A stretch of 64,000 nucleotides of DNA. Source: an uncultured archaeon. Its GTDB lineage: Archaea; Thermoplasmatota; Thermoplasmata; Thermoplasmatales; Thermoplasmataceae. Shown here one piece after another: positions 30,843-41,885 of the stretch (its first letter is position 1; each line of letters starts with the position of its first letter). Location of the stretch: NCBI GenBank assembly GCA_000965745.1, contig CP009479.1, forward strand, positions 2,144,001 to 2,208,000, given 5' to 3'. The notes under the pieces were generated by a model. The model did not search any database and was not told the DNA's origin. It was given only the letters and a program-made list of their open reading frames with translations. Made by a program: the position numbers and the translations under genes.

Positions 30843-31946
30843 GTGGCATTTGTTGCTGGAAAATCATTAAAACTCTCAATATTCGGAAGTTCGCATGGAG
30901 ATCTTGTAGGATGCAGCCTCGACGGGTTGCCCGCGGGCCTGAAGATAGATGAAGATAATATCAGGAAATGGCTCAGCAGGAGAAGGCCTTCGCAAAGTGA
31001 GTACACCACACAGAGGAAGGAAAAGGATGTTGCAGAGATTGTGTCGGGTATGACGGACGGCTACACGGACGGAGGCCCGGTCACCATCCTCATACGAAAC
31101 GAGGACAGGATATCAGCCCATTATGAAGAGATGAGATTCAAGCCCAGGCCAGGCCACGGGGACCTGACGCTTTTTTACAAATACGGCGAACACAGGAATT
31201 ACAAGGGTGGCGGTTTCCTCTCCGGAAGAATGACTGCCCCACTTGTTGCAGCTGGTGCAATAACAACCCAGCTGCTTGACAGATACGGCGTGACTGTGTC
31301 CTCCTACATAGAAAAAATTGGCGATGCAAGAACCTCAATGACAGAGAACGATGTCGGGCCGGATTTCGCTTATGAGTACAAGACGAGAATGCCGGATGCG
31401 GACTCCGATGCCATTGCTGACGGAATCCTCAAGGCACTGCTGAAAGATGGCGACAGCATAGGGGGAAGCATAAAGACCGTAGTGAGGAGCCCTCCCAGAG
31501 GTATTGGGGAGCCGTTTTATGATTCAGTGGAAAGCAGCCTCTCGAGGATGATGTTCTCAATTCCCGGGCTCAAGGGAATCGAGTTTGGTGCTGGGTTCAG
31601 GTTTTCGGGCCTGAAAGGTTCAGAAGCCAACGATGTATATTTCCTCGAGAACGGAGATGTGAAAACACGGAGCAACAACAATGGCGGGATACTTGGAGGC
31701 ATAACCAACGGAATGCCCATAGTATTCAGTGTTGTAATGAAGCCAACTTCTTCCATCAGGAAGGAGCAGTCAACAGTAAACTTGAAAACCTGGAAGGAGG
31801 ATGCCCTCAGGATAGTCGGAAGGCATGACCCCTGCATCGCAATAAGGGCCGTCCCCGTAGTACAGACGCTGACTTCTGTGGCAATAGCAGACCTGATGCT
31901 TCAAAACCAGAACATCCCGCGGGTCCTAGATGATGGAGAGGAATGA
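30843..31946 (+). CDS. aroC: Chorismate synthase
   Basis: RRRP, RPGHGD, SGRMTA, GRHDPC. Confidence 0.95.
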   Translation: MAFVAGKSLKLSIFGSSHGDLVGCSLDGLPAGLKIDEDNIRKWLSRRRPSQSEYTTQRKEKDVAEIVSGMTDGYTDGGPVTILIRNEDRISAHYEEMRFKPRPGHGDLTLFYKYGEHRNYKGGGFLSGRMTAPLVAAGAITTQLLDRYGVTVSSYIEKIGDARTSMTENDVGPDFAYEYKTRMPDADSDAIADGILKALLKDGDSIGGSIKTVVRSPPRGIGEPFYDSVESSLSRMMFSIPGLKGIEFGAGFRFSGLKGSEANDVYFLENGDVKTRSNNNGGILGGITNGMPIVFSVVMKPTSSIRKEQSTVNLKTWKEDALRIVGRHDPCIAIRAVPVVQTLTSVAIADLMLQNQNIPRVLDDGEE

Positions 31947-33713
31947 GTCGAATATGACTATGGAAGTGATTATTGACAGTGGGATGGCGAGCATCAGGGT
32001 ATATTTGGCAGTCTTGAGAGACGAGAAAACGAGTTCAATAAGGTCCTGAAAACTGTTTTCATCGCCCATTTTTACCTTTACAGTCTCAGTTGCCATGGCG
32101 ACCCGGACGTCCTCCACATCAGCCATTGCCTTCTCGACGGCAACCACAACCTGGTCGGTGAGCTCCTCAACGTCGCACCTTGCACCTAGCGGGTTCATGT
32201 CCAGCGACCCCGCGTTGACAACGTGATTGTCGGTTGTGTAGATCTCAAGGCCATCGACCATTGACCGTGTTTTTTCCCTTGCTCTTTCTATAACCTCGGT
32301 CGTAACATTGTTTGAATCTGTCAGCACAATCGCCTGGTTAGTGTCACCTGCATTCATCACGAGAGCCTGGATCCCCATTGTCGCAAGGCCCTCAATTTCC
32401 GGCGTAACCTTCCCATAGCCCATTCTTGCTGGAAAACGTGTCTGCATCCTTGAAAATTCCCTCTCGAATGCGGGTATGAAAGTCGAGCAGTCGTCAAGTT
32501 CCCTCACTCCTTCCGTGAAATGGTTCTGTGCATCTATCAGGGCGAAATCCTTCAGGCAGCTTCCCCGGACTGAATCTATAACCTTCAGTCCTTCAGAGAG
32601 TGAGACGTCGTCGAAGGGGGTCTTCTCCGGAATTAGGGCCCCGTACGCAAAGTCACCGATTTTCTGCATGCCGACCACGTACTTCCCCACAGTGATTTTC
32701 TTGAACTTTGACATTGTATCGGAATATTTCATGCCTTCCATGGCCTTCCTTATTCCTTCAGCAATGGAATCCACATCCTGGTCTCCCCTGCAGTTGTTGC
32801 TGTTTGTCGTGGTTGTGTGAAAAACCATGAGATCTGTGTCGAGTTCGGCAAGACTTGTTTTGAGCCTCTCAGGAAGGTCGCTTGACCCGATTCTTCCGAA
32901 GGGCCCGGGGTGAATGTAGGGGAATACTGCTGTAACCTTTCTCTTTCCGTTTGCCGATACAATGTCCATTACCTTCACGGGCACTTTCCTGCTGTGCCGG
33001 TATATCTTCTCAAAGAATCTCTGCCCTATCCTCTCGGAATTTACCACTGATTTGTAGTTCAGGAAAAATTTGATCATCTCGGTAGGGCTTTCGTTGAACT
33101 CCTCAATGAATTTTCTGGTGGACCTCTTCACGAAAATTGCTCCTGCCGTGATATAAACAAGCGATGAAAGCAGGAAAGGCACTATTGTTGCGGGGTCCCT
33201 GAACACCAGGTAAAGAGCTATTATTGCCGCATAGGTGTAATTGAGCGATGGGAAGATTGTCTTGGAACTGTTTTCCGAATAATATCCGTAAAGAATAATC
33301 ACTCTTACGAAAGATACCAGTGACAGTGAGATCATTATCAGGTACTCAGTTGTGGTGAAGTGAATAAGGTACACTATCCAGAAGAATATAGACCATATAA
33401 GGAGCGAGAGGAAGTTGAGGAACATTATTCTCCTGAATGGAAAGACGAATTTGGCTGCCTTGACGAATATCCAGTCAATGAGCAGTACCAGGAGAAATGA
33501 TCCTGCGATCCCCACTCCGACGAGGAAAACATCCTTCAGGAGAAAAAAATCTATCAGAAATATGGCTATTGTGGGTATTGCTAGATTCCGCCAGTGCGGT
33601 GACCTGTATATGAACCGTGAAAGCTCTGCGAACGTTCGTGATTTGTGGTTTGCTTCCATTAAAGTTGATGCCGTATCTTGCCCTGTATAATAGTCTTTGC
33701 CATAGGAATTCAC
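31926..33713 (-). CDS. DUF2070 family membrane protein
   Basis: N-terminal TM bundle, HPGPFG.IGSS.LP, DAQN, DSNN, TTDNH. Confidence 0.85.
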   Translation of the reverse strand: MNSYGKDYYTGQDTASTLMEANHKSRTFAELSRFIYRSPHWRNLAIPTIAIFLIDFFLLKDVFLVGVGIAGSFLLVLLIDWIFVKAAKFVFPFRRIMFLNFLSLLIWSIFFWIVYLIHFTTTEYLIMISLSLVSFVRVIILYGYYSENSSKTIFPSLNYTYAAIIALYLVFRDPATIVPFLLSSLVYITAGAIFVKRSTRKFIEEFNESPTEMIKFFLNYKSVVNSERIGQRFFEKIYRHSRKVPVKVMDIVSANGKRKVTAVFPYIHPGPFGRIGSSDLPERLKTSLAELDTDLMVFHTTTTNSNNCRGDQDVDSIAEGIRKAMEGMKYSDTMSKFKKITVGKYVVGMQKIGDFAYGALIPEKTPFDDVSLSEGLKVIDSVRGSCLKDFALIDAQNHFTEGVRELDDCSTFIPAFEREFSRMQTRFPARMGYGKVTPEIEGLATMGIQALVMNAGDTNQAIVLTDSNNVTTEVIERAREKTRSMVDGLEIYTTDNHVVNAGSLDMNPLGARCDVEELTDQVVVAVEKAMADVEDVRVAMATETVKVKMGDENSFQDLIELVFSSLKTAKYTLMLAIPLSIITSIVIFDSFLSII

Positions 33714-34822
33714 TTCATAAAGGACTGGTAAACTTCAAGCAGCTTTTCAGCGTGCTTCTTCGGGCTGAATTTTGTGCGTGCAAAGGCCGTTGCTTTTTCC
33801 GACAGTTCCCTGTACCTGCCTTCGTTCAAGAGGACAGCCTTCAGCGTTGCTGCGGTTTCTTCGATGTTGCTGAAATCTACGGGTACCATCCCGCATTCAC
33901 CGTCACAGTATGAAAGGAGGGGGAAATTCTCAGACACCAGCGCCGGCTTCCCCGTGGAAAGGGCTTCGAGGACCGCGAGGCCGAATGTATCAGACTCGGA
34001 CGGGTGTATGAAAATGCTTGACTCCTTGAGGGTGTTCAGCTTCCTGTCCTCACTTACATACCCGTTTAGTGACACTGTTTCGCTGAGCCCGAGAGAACCG
34101 ACCATCTTTTTTATTGCATGTTCCTCAGGGCCGATGCCCGAAATGGAAAACCTGACTTCGCTGTCATTCCTCATGTGGTCAGCAAGCTTGACTATCTTTT
34201 CAATACCCTTGTCCTTTGTCAGCCTTCCGATGTACTGGACGACTTTCCGGCCATTTCCGGGTTTGCCGTTGCTGAACTTTTCAGTGTCTACGAACAGTGT
34301 CAACTCCTCTACCCTGTGCATCCCGTTCTTCCGCATCGCATCAGCAGTGGAGGAGCTTGGGCAGAGTACAGCATCGCATCTTCTGTACAGGAAAAGGTTA
34401 TACCTCCATGAAATCCAGAAGAAAGTATCTTTCATGGGCATGTTTATTGATTCCTTCATCTTAGAGAAATCGGTGTGGAAAGTTGCTATTATAGGGATGT
34501 TTTTCGCCCTTGCGATCCTGTAGCCGAGTGTCCCCATGAAGAATGAGCTGTGTATGTTGACTACATCAAGTTTAGTCTTCAGCATCTTCCTGTACAGGTT
34601 GAAGGGAAAGACGCTCACGGGGACCCTGTATTGCATGTAGAGAAAGAGAGGTATCGTGTATGGCTTGAAAACATTCTTTTCAGTAGTGTCTCCGGCAAGA
34701 GTGAAAACAAAAACTTCGTGGCCCATGGCCTCCAGTTCTTTCTTTATATCCCTGAGGTAGTGCGAAACCCCGTCAGGAGTCGGATAATATGTCTCTGTGA
34801 AAAACCCTATGTTCATCTGCAT
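33710..34822 (-). CDS. Glycosyltransferase family 4
   Basis: TETYYPTPDGV, TFHT, YIGRL..DKG, DTFGLAVLEA. Confidence 0.92.
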   Translation of the reverse strand: MQMNIGFFTETYYPTPDGVSHYLRDIKKELEAMGHEVFVFTLAGDTTEKNVFKPYTIPLFLYMQYRVPVSVFPFNLYRKMLKTKLDVVNIHSSFFMGTLGYRIARAKNIPIIATFHTDFSKMKESINMPMKDTFFWISWRYNLFLYRRCDAVLCPSSSTADAMRKNGMHRVEELTLFVDTEKFSNGKPGNGRKVVQYIGRLTKDKGIEKIVKLADHMRNDSEVRFSISGIGPEEHAIKKMVGSLGLSETVSLNGYVSEDRKLNTLKESSIFIHPSESDTFGLAVLEALSTGKPALVSENFPLLSYCDGECGMVPVDFSNIEETAATLKAVLLNEGRYRELSEKATAFARTKFSPKKHAEKLLEVYQSFMK

Positions 34823-35895
34823 CAGCGTTTGACTGGAATCATCCTGTAGCGTCCGTATCCGTACAGCACCTTAATGAAAGCCGGTATCTTTATATCACGA
34901 GAATTGTCAATATCTACAAATAGATTTGCCATACTGCTGAGTTTTTCCTGGGACGATATGACCCATATGTTATTCCAGCCTATTTTTTCAACGATTCTTG
35001 AAGATATTTGCTTATTTCCTCTCCCCAGGAGAAAATTCTGGCCCCCGATTGGGGAGATGACCAGCACAGGCGGGTATTCTGATACGTACCTGTAGATTTC
35101 GCTTTCATCCGCATCTGACACTGCAATTTTTCCGTCAATCAGAATGTCGAACCCGAGTATGTTTGTAGCTCCTATATTTTCCGGAAGCACGCTCTTGCAG
35201 GTGGACCCCGGGCCTATTACATAGCAAATGCCCCCCCTCATTCTCTCCCCTATGTATTCTGATATGCCCGTAAAATCAACGTGTGAGTACTCGGCTTTTG
35301 ATTCCGACACCACCAGTGGGGTAACCGGGACAGTCATTTCGCCGAAGAGGGAGATGTCAAGCTCGCCTTTCCTGAATTTGTCCTCATCTATGTCCACGAC
35401 CTCACTCTTGGTGGTTTCCCATGTTCCCGATGAGGATAGTTGCTTTATGAGAGATACTGCAGACCTGACGCTTATTGAGAAGACTGAACTGTACATCTTC
35501 ATTCCCGCCGGAATGCCCACGACTGCAAGATCCTCCCTTACTGCCGCGAGGATATCCCTGGCTGTCCCGTCCCCTCCGACAAATGCCAGGATATCGGCAT
35601 CCGTTCCGTTAAGTTCCCTGACGAAAGCTGCGGTGTCCTCTGAAGTAGTTGGCTCAGAGGGGGCATATATGACCCTGTACGAAGTGATGCCTGCCTTGTC
35701 GAGGGCTTCTGATCCCATGATGCCTGATGGAACGTAGAATTCTATTTCCTCAGATTTTACCCCATCAAGGAATTTAAGCGCCCTTGAGACGGACTTTGAA
35801 TCCTCGTGTGATTTCAGGACCAGACCGTCGGATCCCTTCAAATTGGAGATTATCCCGTATCCTGCGAGCGGATTGATGAAAAACCCGAGCTTCAC
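34822..35895 (-). CDS. ATP-NAD kinase family protein (COG3199-like)
   Basis: NPLAG, LKGSDG, GGDGTARD, PAGMKMYS, GRGNKQIS. Confidence 0.85.
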   Translation of the reverse strand: MKLGFFINPLAGYGIISNLKGSDGLVLKSHEDSKSVSRALKFLDGVKSEEIEFYVPSGIMGSEALDKAGITSYRVIYAPSEPTTSEDTAAFVRELNGTDADILAFVGGDGTARDILAAVREDLAVVGIPAGMKMYSSVFSISVRSAVSLIKQLSSSGTWETTKSEVVDIDEDKFRKGELDISLFGEMTVPVTPLVVSESKAEYSHVDFTGISEYIGERMRGGICYVIGPGSTCKSVLPENIGATNILGFDILIDGKIAVSDADESEIYRYVSEYPPVLVISPIGGQNFLLGRGNKQISSRIVEKIGWNNIWVISSQEKLSSMANLFVDIDNSRDIKIPAFIKVLYGYGRYRMIPVKR

Positions 35896-37688
35896 GACAC
35901 TCCGGTGAATGCCCTGTTGTTGATTAACCTTTCAGGGGGTGCCTGCAGATTCTGCGCAAGTTTTGATCCCGCGGAAGAGCCGTTCTTCACAATGATGTGG
36001 GCTATCGCTGCGGAATAGTTGGCATCATAGGTGACCACCGTAATTGTGCCGTTACCCAATGTGGGCGTTATGGAGAGAACCATGCTCTTGCCGGCTTTTA
36101 CGGAGAGCGGGAATGCTGCCTCCTGGGACTGGCCCAGTGGAATTGTCAGGTTCGAGCCCGTGAGGCTGTACTTGATTCCCGGGTCTGAAAACGAAATTAC
36201 GTTCAGGTGCAGCGTTGAGAGGCCTGTATTGTACTCGGTAAAATTGTAGGTCTGGTTTTCGAATATGGTGGTCGAGAACGGGTTCTCATTGTTCACTGAG
36301 AGTATGCCCGAAAGGTCGATAAGCATGATCTTCACAGGATATGTCTTGCTGATCTCGCCCGAGTATGTGGTAATGGAGTAATCATACATGCCTGTCTTGT
36401 TTACATTATAGAACGGTATAGTCAGCATGTACGTGGCATTCTCCCCTTTGGCGATGGTTTTGCTCGGCCCCTGGACTTTAAGTGAGGTCGCCGGGCTTAT
36501 GGAGAAAGCAGGCACAATTGACGACTGTCCGCTGTTAACGAGGTGCACCATGAGCGTCACGTTCTCGTGGGTTCCGTTTACGATCACTGCGTCCGGATTT
36601 TCGATCTGCACAGTAAAATCGCTGTTGACAATGTGGTATGGAAACGGCACCATACCCAGGATCAGGATGGCGAATGCGATGACCGCTAGTGCTTTGCCCG
36701 GGGCCAGTACCTTTGATACGTTGTTGAGGGGCTCAGGTCCCTTCATGCCGAGAAGCACCACGAAAACTGCCAGCAGGACCCATGGCGGATATATGATGCC
36801 CAGGCCAATGATTGCGATAATGGAGGCATAGGAGAGGTAAACTGACCTGTTCCCGAATAGTGCCGTGGCAATCAGGCCGCCGTCCAGGTACCCGGCAGGG
36901 AAAGCGTTGAATGAGTTTACTACGATTCCAATCCAGCCTGCGAAGGCTATCGGGTCGAGAATGCCATGGGAGGGCATAACCCTGTTGAAGAGAAGCTGGA
37001 AAATCAGGGGGGAGCTTAGAAGCTCAACCGGGGAATTGATGTTAGGGCTCGTGGGCGGGTTGATGATTGAGTTGAAATTTCCTATAAATATTACAACAAT
37101 TGATGAAGCGAATCCCGCAATGAGCGATGCTGCCCCGGTTTCAATCATTGAGTGCCTGGTCTTGAAAGCCTGCCTGGGGGTGTTTATGAAACCCATGGTT
37201 CCCAGGCCCAGCGGATCCGGAACAAAGACGGGGAGGGAGTATTTCATTCCGTTCTTGGCCATAACAAAGAATTTCGTGAGCTCCCTTGAGAGGAAGATCA
37301 GAAATAGCGGGAGGGTGAAGTTGATCAGGGAGCTGAAGAGAACGTACGGCAACGAGTTCGAACCAGTGTATCCACGAACATAGGAGTACCCGACATATAC
37401 GACGCTTCCAAGTGATGCGACAAGAAGTATGACCCTCAACAGATAGTTCTGGTTCCTGGAGCCAATGCTCCTGATAACGGTTATCTGGTTCCTCTCGGAA
37501 GAGGACGTGAAACAGACAAAGTCTATGGTCGCGAGTTCATCTACAAGGTGGTTGAAATCATCTTCCAGGTAACTGTTCAGATCTTCGATTATAAATGTTA
37601 TAGAGTTTCCATCAGCAGAAACTTTCCTGTAGTCGTAATATTTGGCTACCGTCTTTTCGATCTGAGCTCTTTCCCTGTCAGAAATCAT
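35892..37688 (-). CDS. Site-2 protease (M50) homologue lacking HExxH, with C-terminal extracellular domains
   Basis: GTMG, AFAGWIG, NAFPAGYLDGG present; SRELTK at the HExxH position. Confidence 0.75.
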   Translation of the reverse strand: MISDRERAQIEKTVAKYYDYRKVSADGNSITFIIEDLNSYLEDDFNHLVDELATIDFVCFTSSSERNQITVIRSIGSRNQNYLLRVILLVASLGSVVYVGYSYVRGYTGSNSLPYVLFSSLINFTLPLFLIFLSRELTKFFVMAKNGMKYSLPVFVPDPLGLGTMGFINTPRQAFKTRHSMIETGAASLIAGFASSIVVIFIGNFNSIINPPTSPNINSPVELLSSPLIFQLLFNRVMPSHGILDPIAFAGWIGIVVNSFNAFPAGYLDGGLIATALFGNRSVYLSYASIIAIIGLGIIYPPWVLLAVFVVLLGMKGPEPLNNVSKVLAPGKALAVIAFAILILGMVPFPYHIVNSDFTVQIENPDAVIVNGTHENVTLMVHLVNSGQSSIVPAFSISPATSLKVQGPSKTIAKGENATYMLTIPFYNVNKTGMYDYSITTYSGEISKTYPVKIMLIDLSGILSVNNENPFSTTIFENQTYNFTEYNTGLSTLHLNVISFSDPGIKYSLTGSNLTIPLGQSQEAAFPLSVKAGKSMVLSITPTLGNGTITVVTYDANYSAAIAHIIVKNGSSAGSKLAQNLQAPPERLINNRAFTGVS

Positions 37689-37700
37689 TAGGAATCCGGG

Positions 37701-40388
37701 TTAGAGCTTATCAAAAACCTCCTTTATTAAGTTTTCATCCACAGTCTCATGTGAAACGGCTGTGGAGTAGCTTGGGGTTCCGCCGACTTCAGCAGTGCTC
37801 CCGAGGATCGAGGCCAACACTGTTCTGCCATCAACCTTTCCCTTGGATATTACCACATAACCGTATTCACTCCCTCCGGCATCATTGATGATGAGGAAAA
37901 GTTTGTACGGCTTGGAGAAAAGAGCCTTTGCAAGCAGTTTCATGCCCTCTTCTGTAAGATTTGACCTCATTACTGCAGCCCCGCCCCATGGGTACTCAAG
38001 AACTTCTGCCTGATCTATTGTCTTGTTGACATTCCTCTTGAGGAGCGCCTCTTTTTCCTTCTTCAGTTCAATGTTCTCCCTGACGATTGACTGCACCCTG
38101 CCGGGTATCTCGGAAATGTCTGTTGCAAGAGCAGACTGCAAAGCCCTCGCAGACGCATATATTCCCTGAACGTATTCAAGAGCAGCTTCGCCAGCTACAA
38201 AGGTGATCCGCTGTATCCCCTCCTGGACACTTTCAGTGTTGACTATCTTCAGGAACCCGAGTTCTGATGTATTGCTCAGGTGGGTTCCGCCGCAGCCTTC
38301 CACATCAACACCTTCGATCTCCACCAGCCTAAGCTTCGGTGAGAGGGGGACGCCTCCCTGAAAGACAGAGAAGCCATATTTCTCGATTGCCTTGTTCCAG
38401 TCGACGTTTTTTACACGTATGTTGCGCCCTTCCCTGATCAGCTCCAGGCATCTTCTCTCGATCTTCCTTATATCTTCATCACTGAGCTTCCGGTAGTGCG
38501 TTATGTCAATCCGGGATGTTTCAACCCCTTTCTGCACACCGAACTGCCAAACGTGCGGGCCGAGTATTTCCTTCATCACCCCGAGGATAAGGTGGGTTGC
38601 GGAATGGTGCGCCATGAGCCTGTGCCTGCGGAAAGTGTCGATATGCCCCATTATGCGGGAGCTCTTTGGTATGTCCCCTTCTATCCAGTGCACAATTGTA
38701 TCGCCGTACCTTTCAACCTTCTTGACCTGGATCTTCTTTCCCCTGTATACAAAATACCCCAGATCCGTAGGCTGGCCCCCACCTTCAGGGTAGAATGCAG
38801 TCTGGTTGAGTATAATGTACCCATTGCCTGAATCCATGACTATTGCGTTGAACTCTGAAATCCTGACATCGTCATAGTACAGTGGTCGGGTTTTTATGCT
38901 GGGGAACTGGAGTTCCCGCTTCTTCCCGGGCTCAACGTTATCGTGAAGGGAAATAACACGAGTATGGAAATCATCTGGCACCTCGATGACTTTGCCAGTC
39001 TTCTCCTTGACGATTGACGCGACAAAATCCGGGTGCAGGCCGTAAGAGTCGTAGAGTTTCAGCAGATCATCCGGCTTGATTTCTTTCTGCCTGCTCAATG
39101 ACCTTTCGACTATACCCCTCCCCTTTTCAAGGGTTTCCTGATATTTCTCTGCCTCTTCCTGAAGCATAAGGTGCACAAAATCTCTGGGATAATTCTTTAC
39201 TATGTTCCTGAGGCTTTCCCAGTGCATCTCTATGAGTTCCTCCATTGTGCCCCTGAAGTTAATCAGCTCAATGTGCCTGAGGGTTCTGCGTATCAGGAGC
39301 CTGGCCAGATATCCTGCCTTTACATTCGATGGTATAACATAATCTGAAAACAGAAGGAGGAGTGTCCTCGTGTGGTCTGCAACAACGAACGCAGACTTGA
39401 GTGTGTTGTATTCCTTCAGGAATTCCTCTTCCGTCATATTGTTGCCTATTCTTGCAACCTCCGGGAGAATCAGCCTTATAATTTCGTTTTCATGCAGATC
39501 CTCGTGCTCTGCAAAATTCTGGACAATTATCTCCAGAATCCTCCTGTCAATGAGGCTTGCATCGGAGTTTTCAAGAACATGATCAACTATGCCGGGATAT
39601 ATGGCCTCATACACTGTCGGTGTCCCCTGGGAAAGCCATGTGAGCCTTTCAAGCCCATACCCGGTATCAACAACCTTCAGTTCCATCGGAGAATATGTGA
39701 GACCATCGATCTCTGTGGTGCCTTCGGGATCTGCCACCATGTCCATGAATACAAGGGTTGCGACCTCCAGACCTTCTACAAGAACCTCAAGAGCATTTCC
39801 GCCATTCCCGCCCCCCGACCAGGGCTTTTCCTTGTAGGTTACCAGCTTGGGTTCAATCCCAAGCTTCTCCGTCAGGAATGAGTGGCAGTAGGAAACAGTC
39901 TCTTCCTTCCAGTATACTTGCTTTCTGTTGTTGAATGAATCGTGGCACATCATCTCGAAAGTTGTAAGGTGCCTGCCCGTCTTGCCCACATTGTCAACGT
40001 CGACCATCCTTATGCTCGGCTGGGACATAACGAGGGGGTTTGCCGGAGGAGGCACAACACCTGATGTCACGTGTGGCTGGAAATCATAGATTGAGGCGTT
40101 GACAAGGAGGACATCGTCCCTCCACCTTGGAACTACAGGGTAAGGGCTTATGAAGGTGTGCCCGTCCCTGAAGAAGCTGATGAACTCCTCCCGCATCTCG
40201 TCCAGAGTGTATTTCCTGCTCACTGGAGGGGTGTTAATGAAAGTATACCTGTCACATGGCGGGTCCCCACAGGTCTTCCTGCCCGGATCGCCAGTCCAGA
40301 AATAATGATGGCAATTGCTGCACTGTTTTCTAGTGAATCGGTTGTCCGAAAAGAATTTCAGTTCCAGTGGATTCTTCTGTTCAGTCAT
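37701..40388 (-). CDS. alaS: Alanine--tRNA ligase
   Basis: CGDPPC, YPVVPRWR, DTGYGLER, HSATH and CGGTH editing motifs. Confidence 0.97.
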   Translation of the reverse strand: MTEQKNPLELKFFSDNRFTRKQCSNCHHYFWTGDPGRKTCGDPPCDRYTFINTPPVSRKYTLDEMREEFISFFRDGHTFISPYPVVPRWRDDVLLVNASIYDFQPHVTSGVVPPPANPLVMSQPSIRMVDVDNVGKTGRHLTTFEMMCHDSFNNRKQVYWKEETVSYCHSFLTEKLGIEPKLVTYKEKPWSGGGNGGNALEVLVEGLEVATLVFMDMVADPEGTTEIDGLTYSPMELKVVDTGYGLERLTWLSQGTPTVYEAIYPGIVDHVLENSDASLIDRRILEIIVQNFAEHEDLHENEIIRLILPEVARIGNNMTEEEFLKEYNTLKSAFVVADHTRTLLLLFSDYVIPSNVKAGYLARLLIRRTLRHIELINFRGTMEELIEMHWESLRNIVKNYPRDFVHLMLQEEAEKYQETLEKGRGIVERSLSRQKEIKPDDLLKLYDSYGLHPDFVASIVKEKTGKVIEVPDDFHTRVISLHDNVEPGKKRELQFPSIKTRPLYYDDVRISEFNAIVMDSGNGYIILNQTAFYPEGGGQPTDLGYFVYRGKKIQVKKVERYGDTIVHWIEGDIPKSSRIMGHIDTFRRHRLMAHHSATHLILGVMKEILGPHVWQFGVQKGVETSRIDITHYRKLSDEDIRKIERRCLELIREGRNIRVKNVDWNKAIEKYGFSVFQGGVPLSPKLRLVEIEGVDVEGCGGTHLSNTSELGFLKIVNTESVQEGIQRITFVAGEAALEYVQGIYASARALQSALATDISEIPGRVQSIVRENIELKKEKEALLKRNVNKTIDQAEVLEYPWGGAAVMRSNLTEEGMKLLAKALFSKPYKLFLIINDAGGSEYGYVVISKGKVDGRTVLASILGSTAEVGGTPSYSTAVSHETVDENLIKEVFDKL

Positions 40389-40427
40389 GATGTACTCCTG
40401 CCTAGGTTATCGCGGCATATTGCCGAC

Positions 40428-41192
40428 TTAAGCCGGTTTACCGGCAACGATGACTGCCCTCTTTTTTATGAAGGAAGTATCATCCTCCATAAATCCTATC
40501 AGTTTCTTAAATTCTGGTGTCGCATATGTCAGGAATTCAAGGCACTCCTTTCCTTCTTCTGATTCCATTGGAACCGGATGCAGCCATTTCTCAAACCTTA
40601 TCCTGTCCTCATACCCGATTGCTTCCCTTATTTGGAATCCTGCAGTCTTGAGCAGTCGTTTCCAGGAGGTAAGGGTTTCGGCCCCAGCATGTGAAGGGTC
40701 CCTTATGGCCTCAAATTTATCATACCTGCGTTCCACATCGCCCTCCGGCGATACCATGTCTGATATCCCAAGTGTCCCGCCCGGCTTCAGCACCCTGAAA
40801 GCCTCCGCAAGGAACGCCGGCTTGTCTGAGAAATGATGGGGTGCCCTCCTGCTGGTAACAATGTCGAATTCACCGTCACTGTATGGAAGTTTTTCAACGT
40901 CCCCAACAACAAATTCTATGTTAGCTGTATTTTCGGATTCTGCGAGCTTTCTCGCCTGTAAAAGCATTTCCGAGGTCTTGTCGAGCGCAGCAACATGCTT
41001 TACTTTTTTTGCCAATGCAACAGCGGTGAACCCTGTTCCGGTGGCAAGGTCAAGTGCATTGAGAGAAGCGTTAACGTTTAGGAGGCTTATCAGGAGCTCA
41101 AGGTCGGACCCCTTTGCATGGGAATCGCTCTTAGCGTACTCTTCTGCGTATTTTCCAAAAAATTCCTTGACGTCCATATGCACGTATTCCAA
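40428..41192 (-). CDS. Class I SAM-dependent methyltransferase
   Basis: LDLATGTG, APHHF, RDPSH. Confidence 0.9.
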   Translation of the reverse strand: MEYVHMDVKEFFGKYAEEYAKSDSHAKGSDLELLISLLNVNASLNALDLATGTGFTAVALAKKVKHVAALDKTSEMLLQARKLAESENTANIEFVVGDVEKLPYSDGEFDIVTSRRAPHHFSDKPAFLAEAFRVLKPGGTLGISDMVSPEGDVERRYDKFEAIRDPSHAGAETLTSWKRLLKTAGFQIREAIGYEDRIRFEKWLHPVPMESEEGKECLEFLTYATPEFKKLIGFMEDDTSFIKKRAVIVAGKPA

Positions 41193-41231
41193 TGCAGAAT
41201 AAAATATCGTTTATGACCCTATGCCGGTCCC

Positions 41232-41885
41232 TTACCTTTCCAGATAAATGAAGTAATGGGCCTTGTGGAAGGGCTTCAGGTTGATAACTTCCTTGACCCT
41301 GAAGCCCTCGATTTCCTCGAGTGATCTGTTGAGTATCTGTTTTTCAGAAAGCCTTGATGATATTGCTCTCATTTTCAGAATGAGAATGGCGCTTGATGCA
41401 TTCGGGCAGCTTGCTGCGTTATTGTTGAATATCTGGACCTGGTTCCGCTGTGATATATCCTGGTATATCGTATCGATACGATCCAGAAAATGCACGTAAC
41501 GCTCAACAAAATTCGCATCTTCGAGGATTGGGAAAATGTTCCTCCTCCCCTCTGACAGCTTGATTAGCTTCACAAACGATTCGTACGAGGACTCCACAGC
41601 GAATATCCTGCCCTCATAGCACACATCGGAAATGTGGCTCACAGTTGTGCCTGTTGAAGCTCCCAGATAGAGGACATTGCTGTCGGCCCTGAAGCTGAAA
41701 TGCTCAAGGCCAAGGTTCAGGGCTGCTGAGAGCTTGCTTCTCTTAGGGTCCCAGTATCTGACGTATTTTCCCTTTTTCTTCGAAACCCGTTCACCATAAA
41801 CGCTTACCGGGTAATCGGATACTGTGTAGTAATTCCGGTTAAGATGCGAAAGCCTGCTTTCGCCGAGTTTGATTTCAGCCACCAC
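41232..41885 (-). CDS. flpA: Fibrillarin-like rRNA/tRNA 2'-O-methyltransferase
   Basis: VYGE, WDPKRSKL, LYLGASTGTTVSH, YQDISQ. Confidence 0.93.
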   Translation of the reverse strand: MVAEIKLGESRLSHLNRNYYTVSDYPVSVYGERVSKKKGKYVRYWDPKRSKLSAALNLGLEHFSFRADSNVLYLGASTGTTVSHISDVCYEGRIFAVESSYESFVKLIKLSEGRRNIFPILEDANFVERYVHFLDRIDTIYQDISQRNQVQIFNNNAASCPNASSAILILKMRAISSRLSEKQILNRSLEEIEGFRVKEVINLKPFHKAHYFIYLER

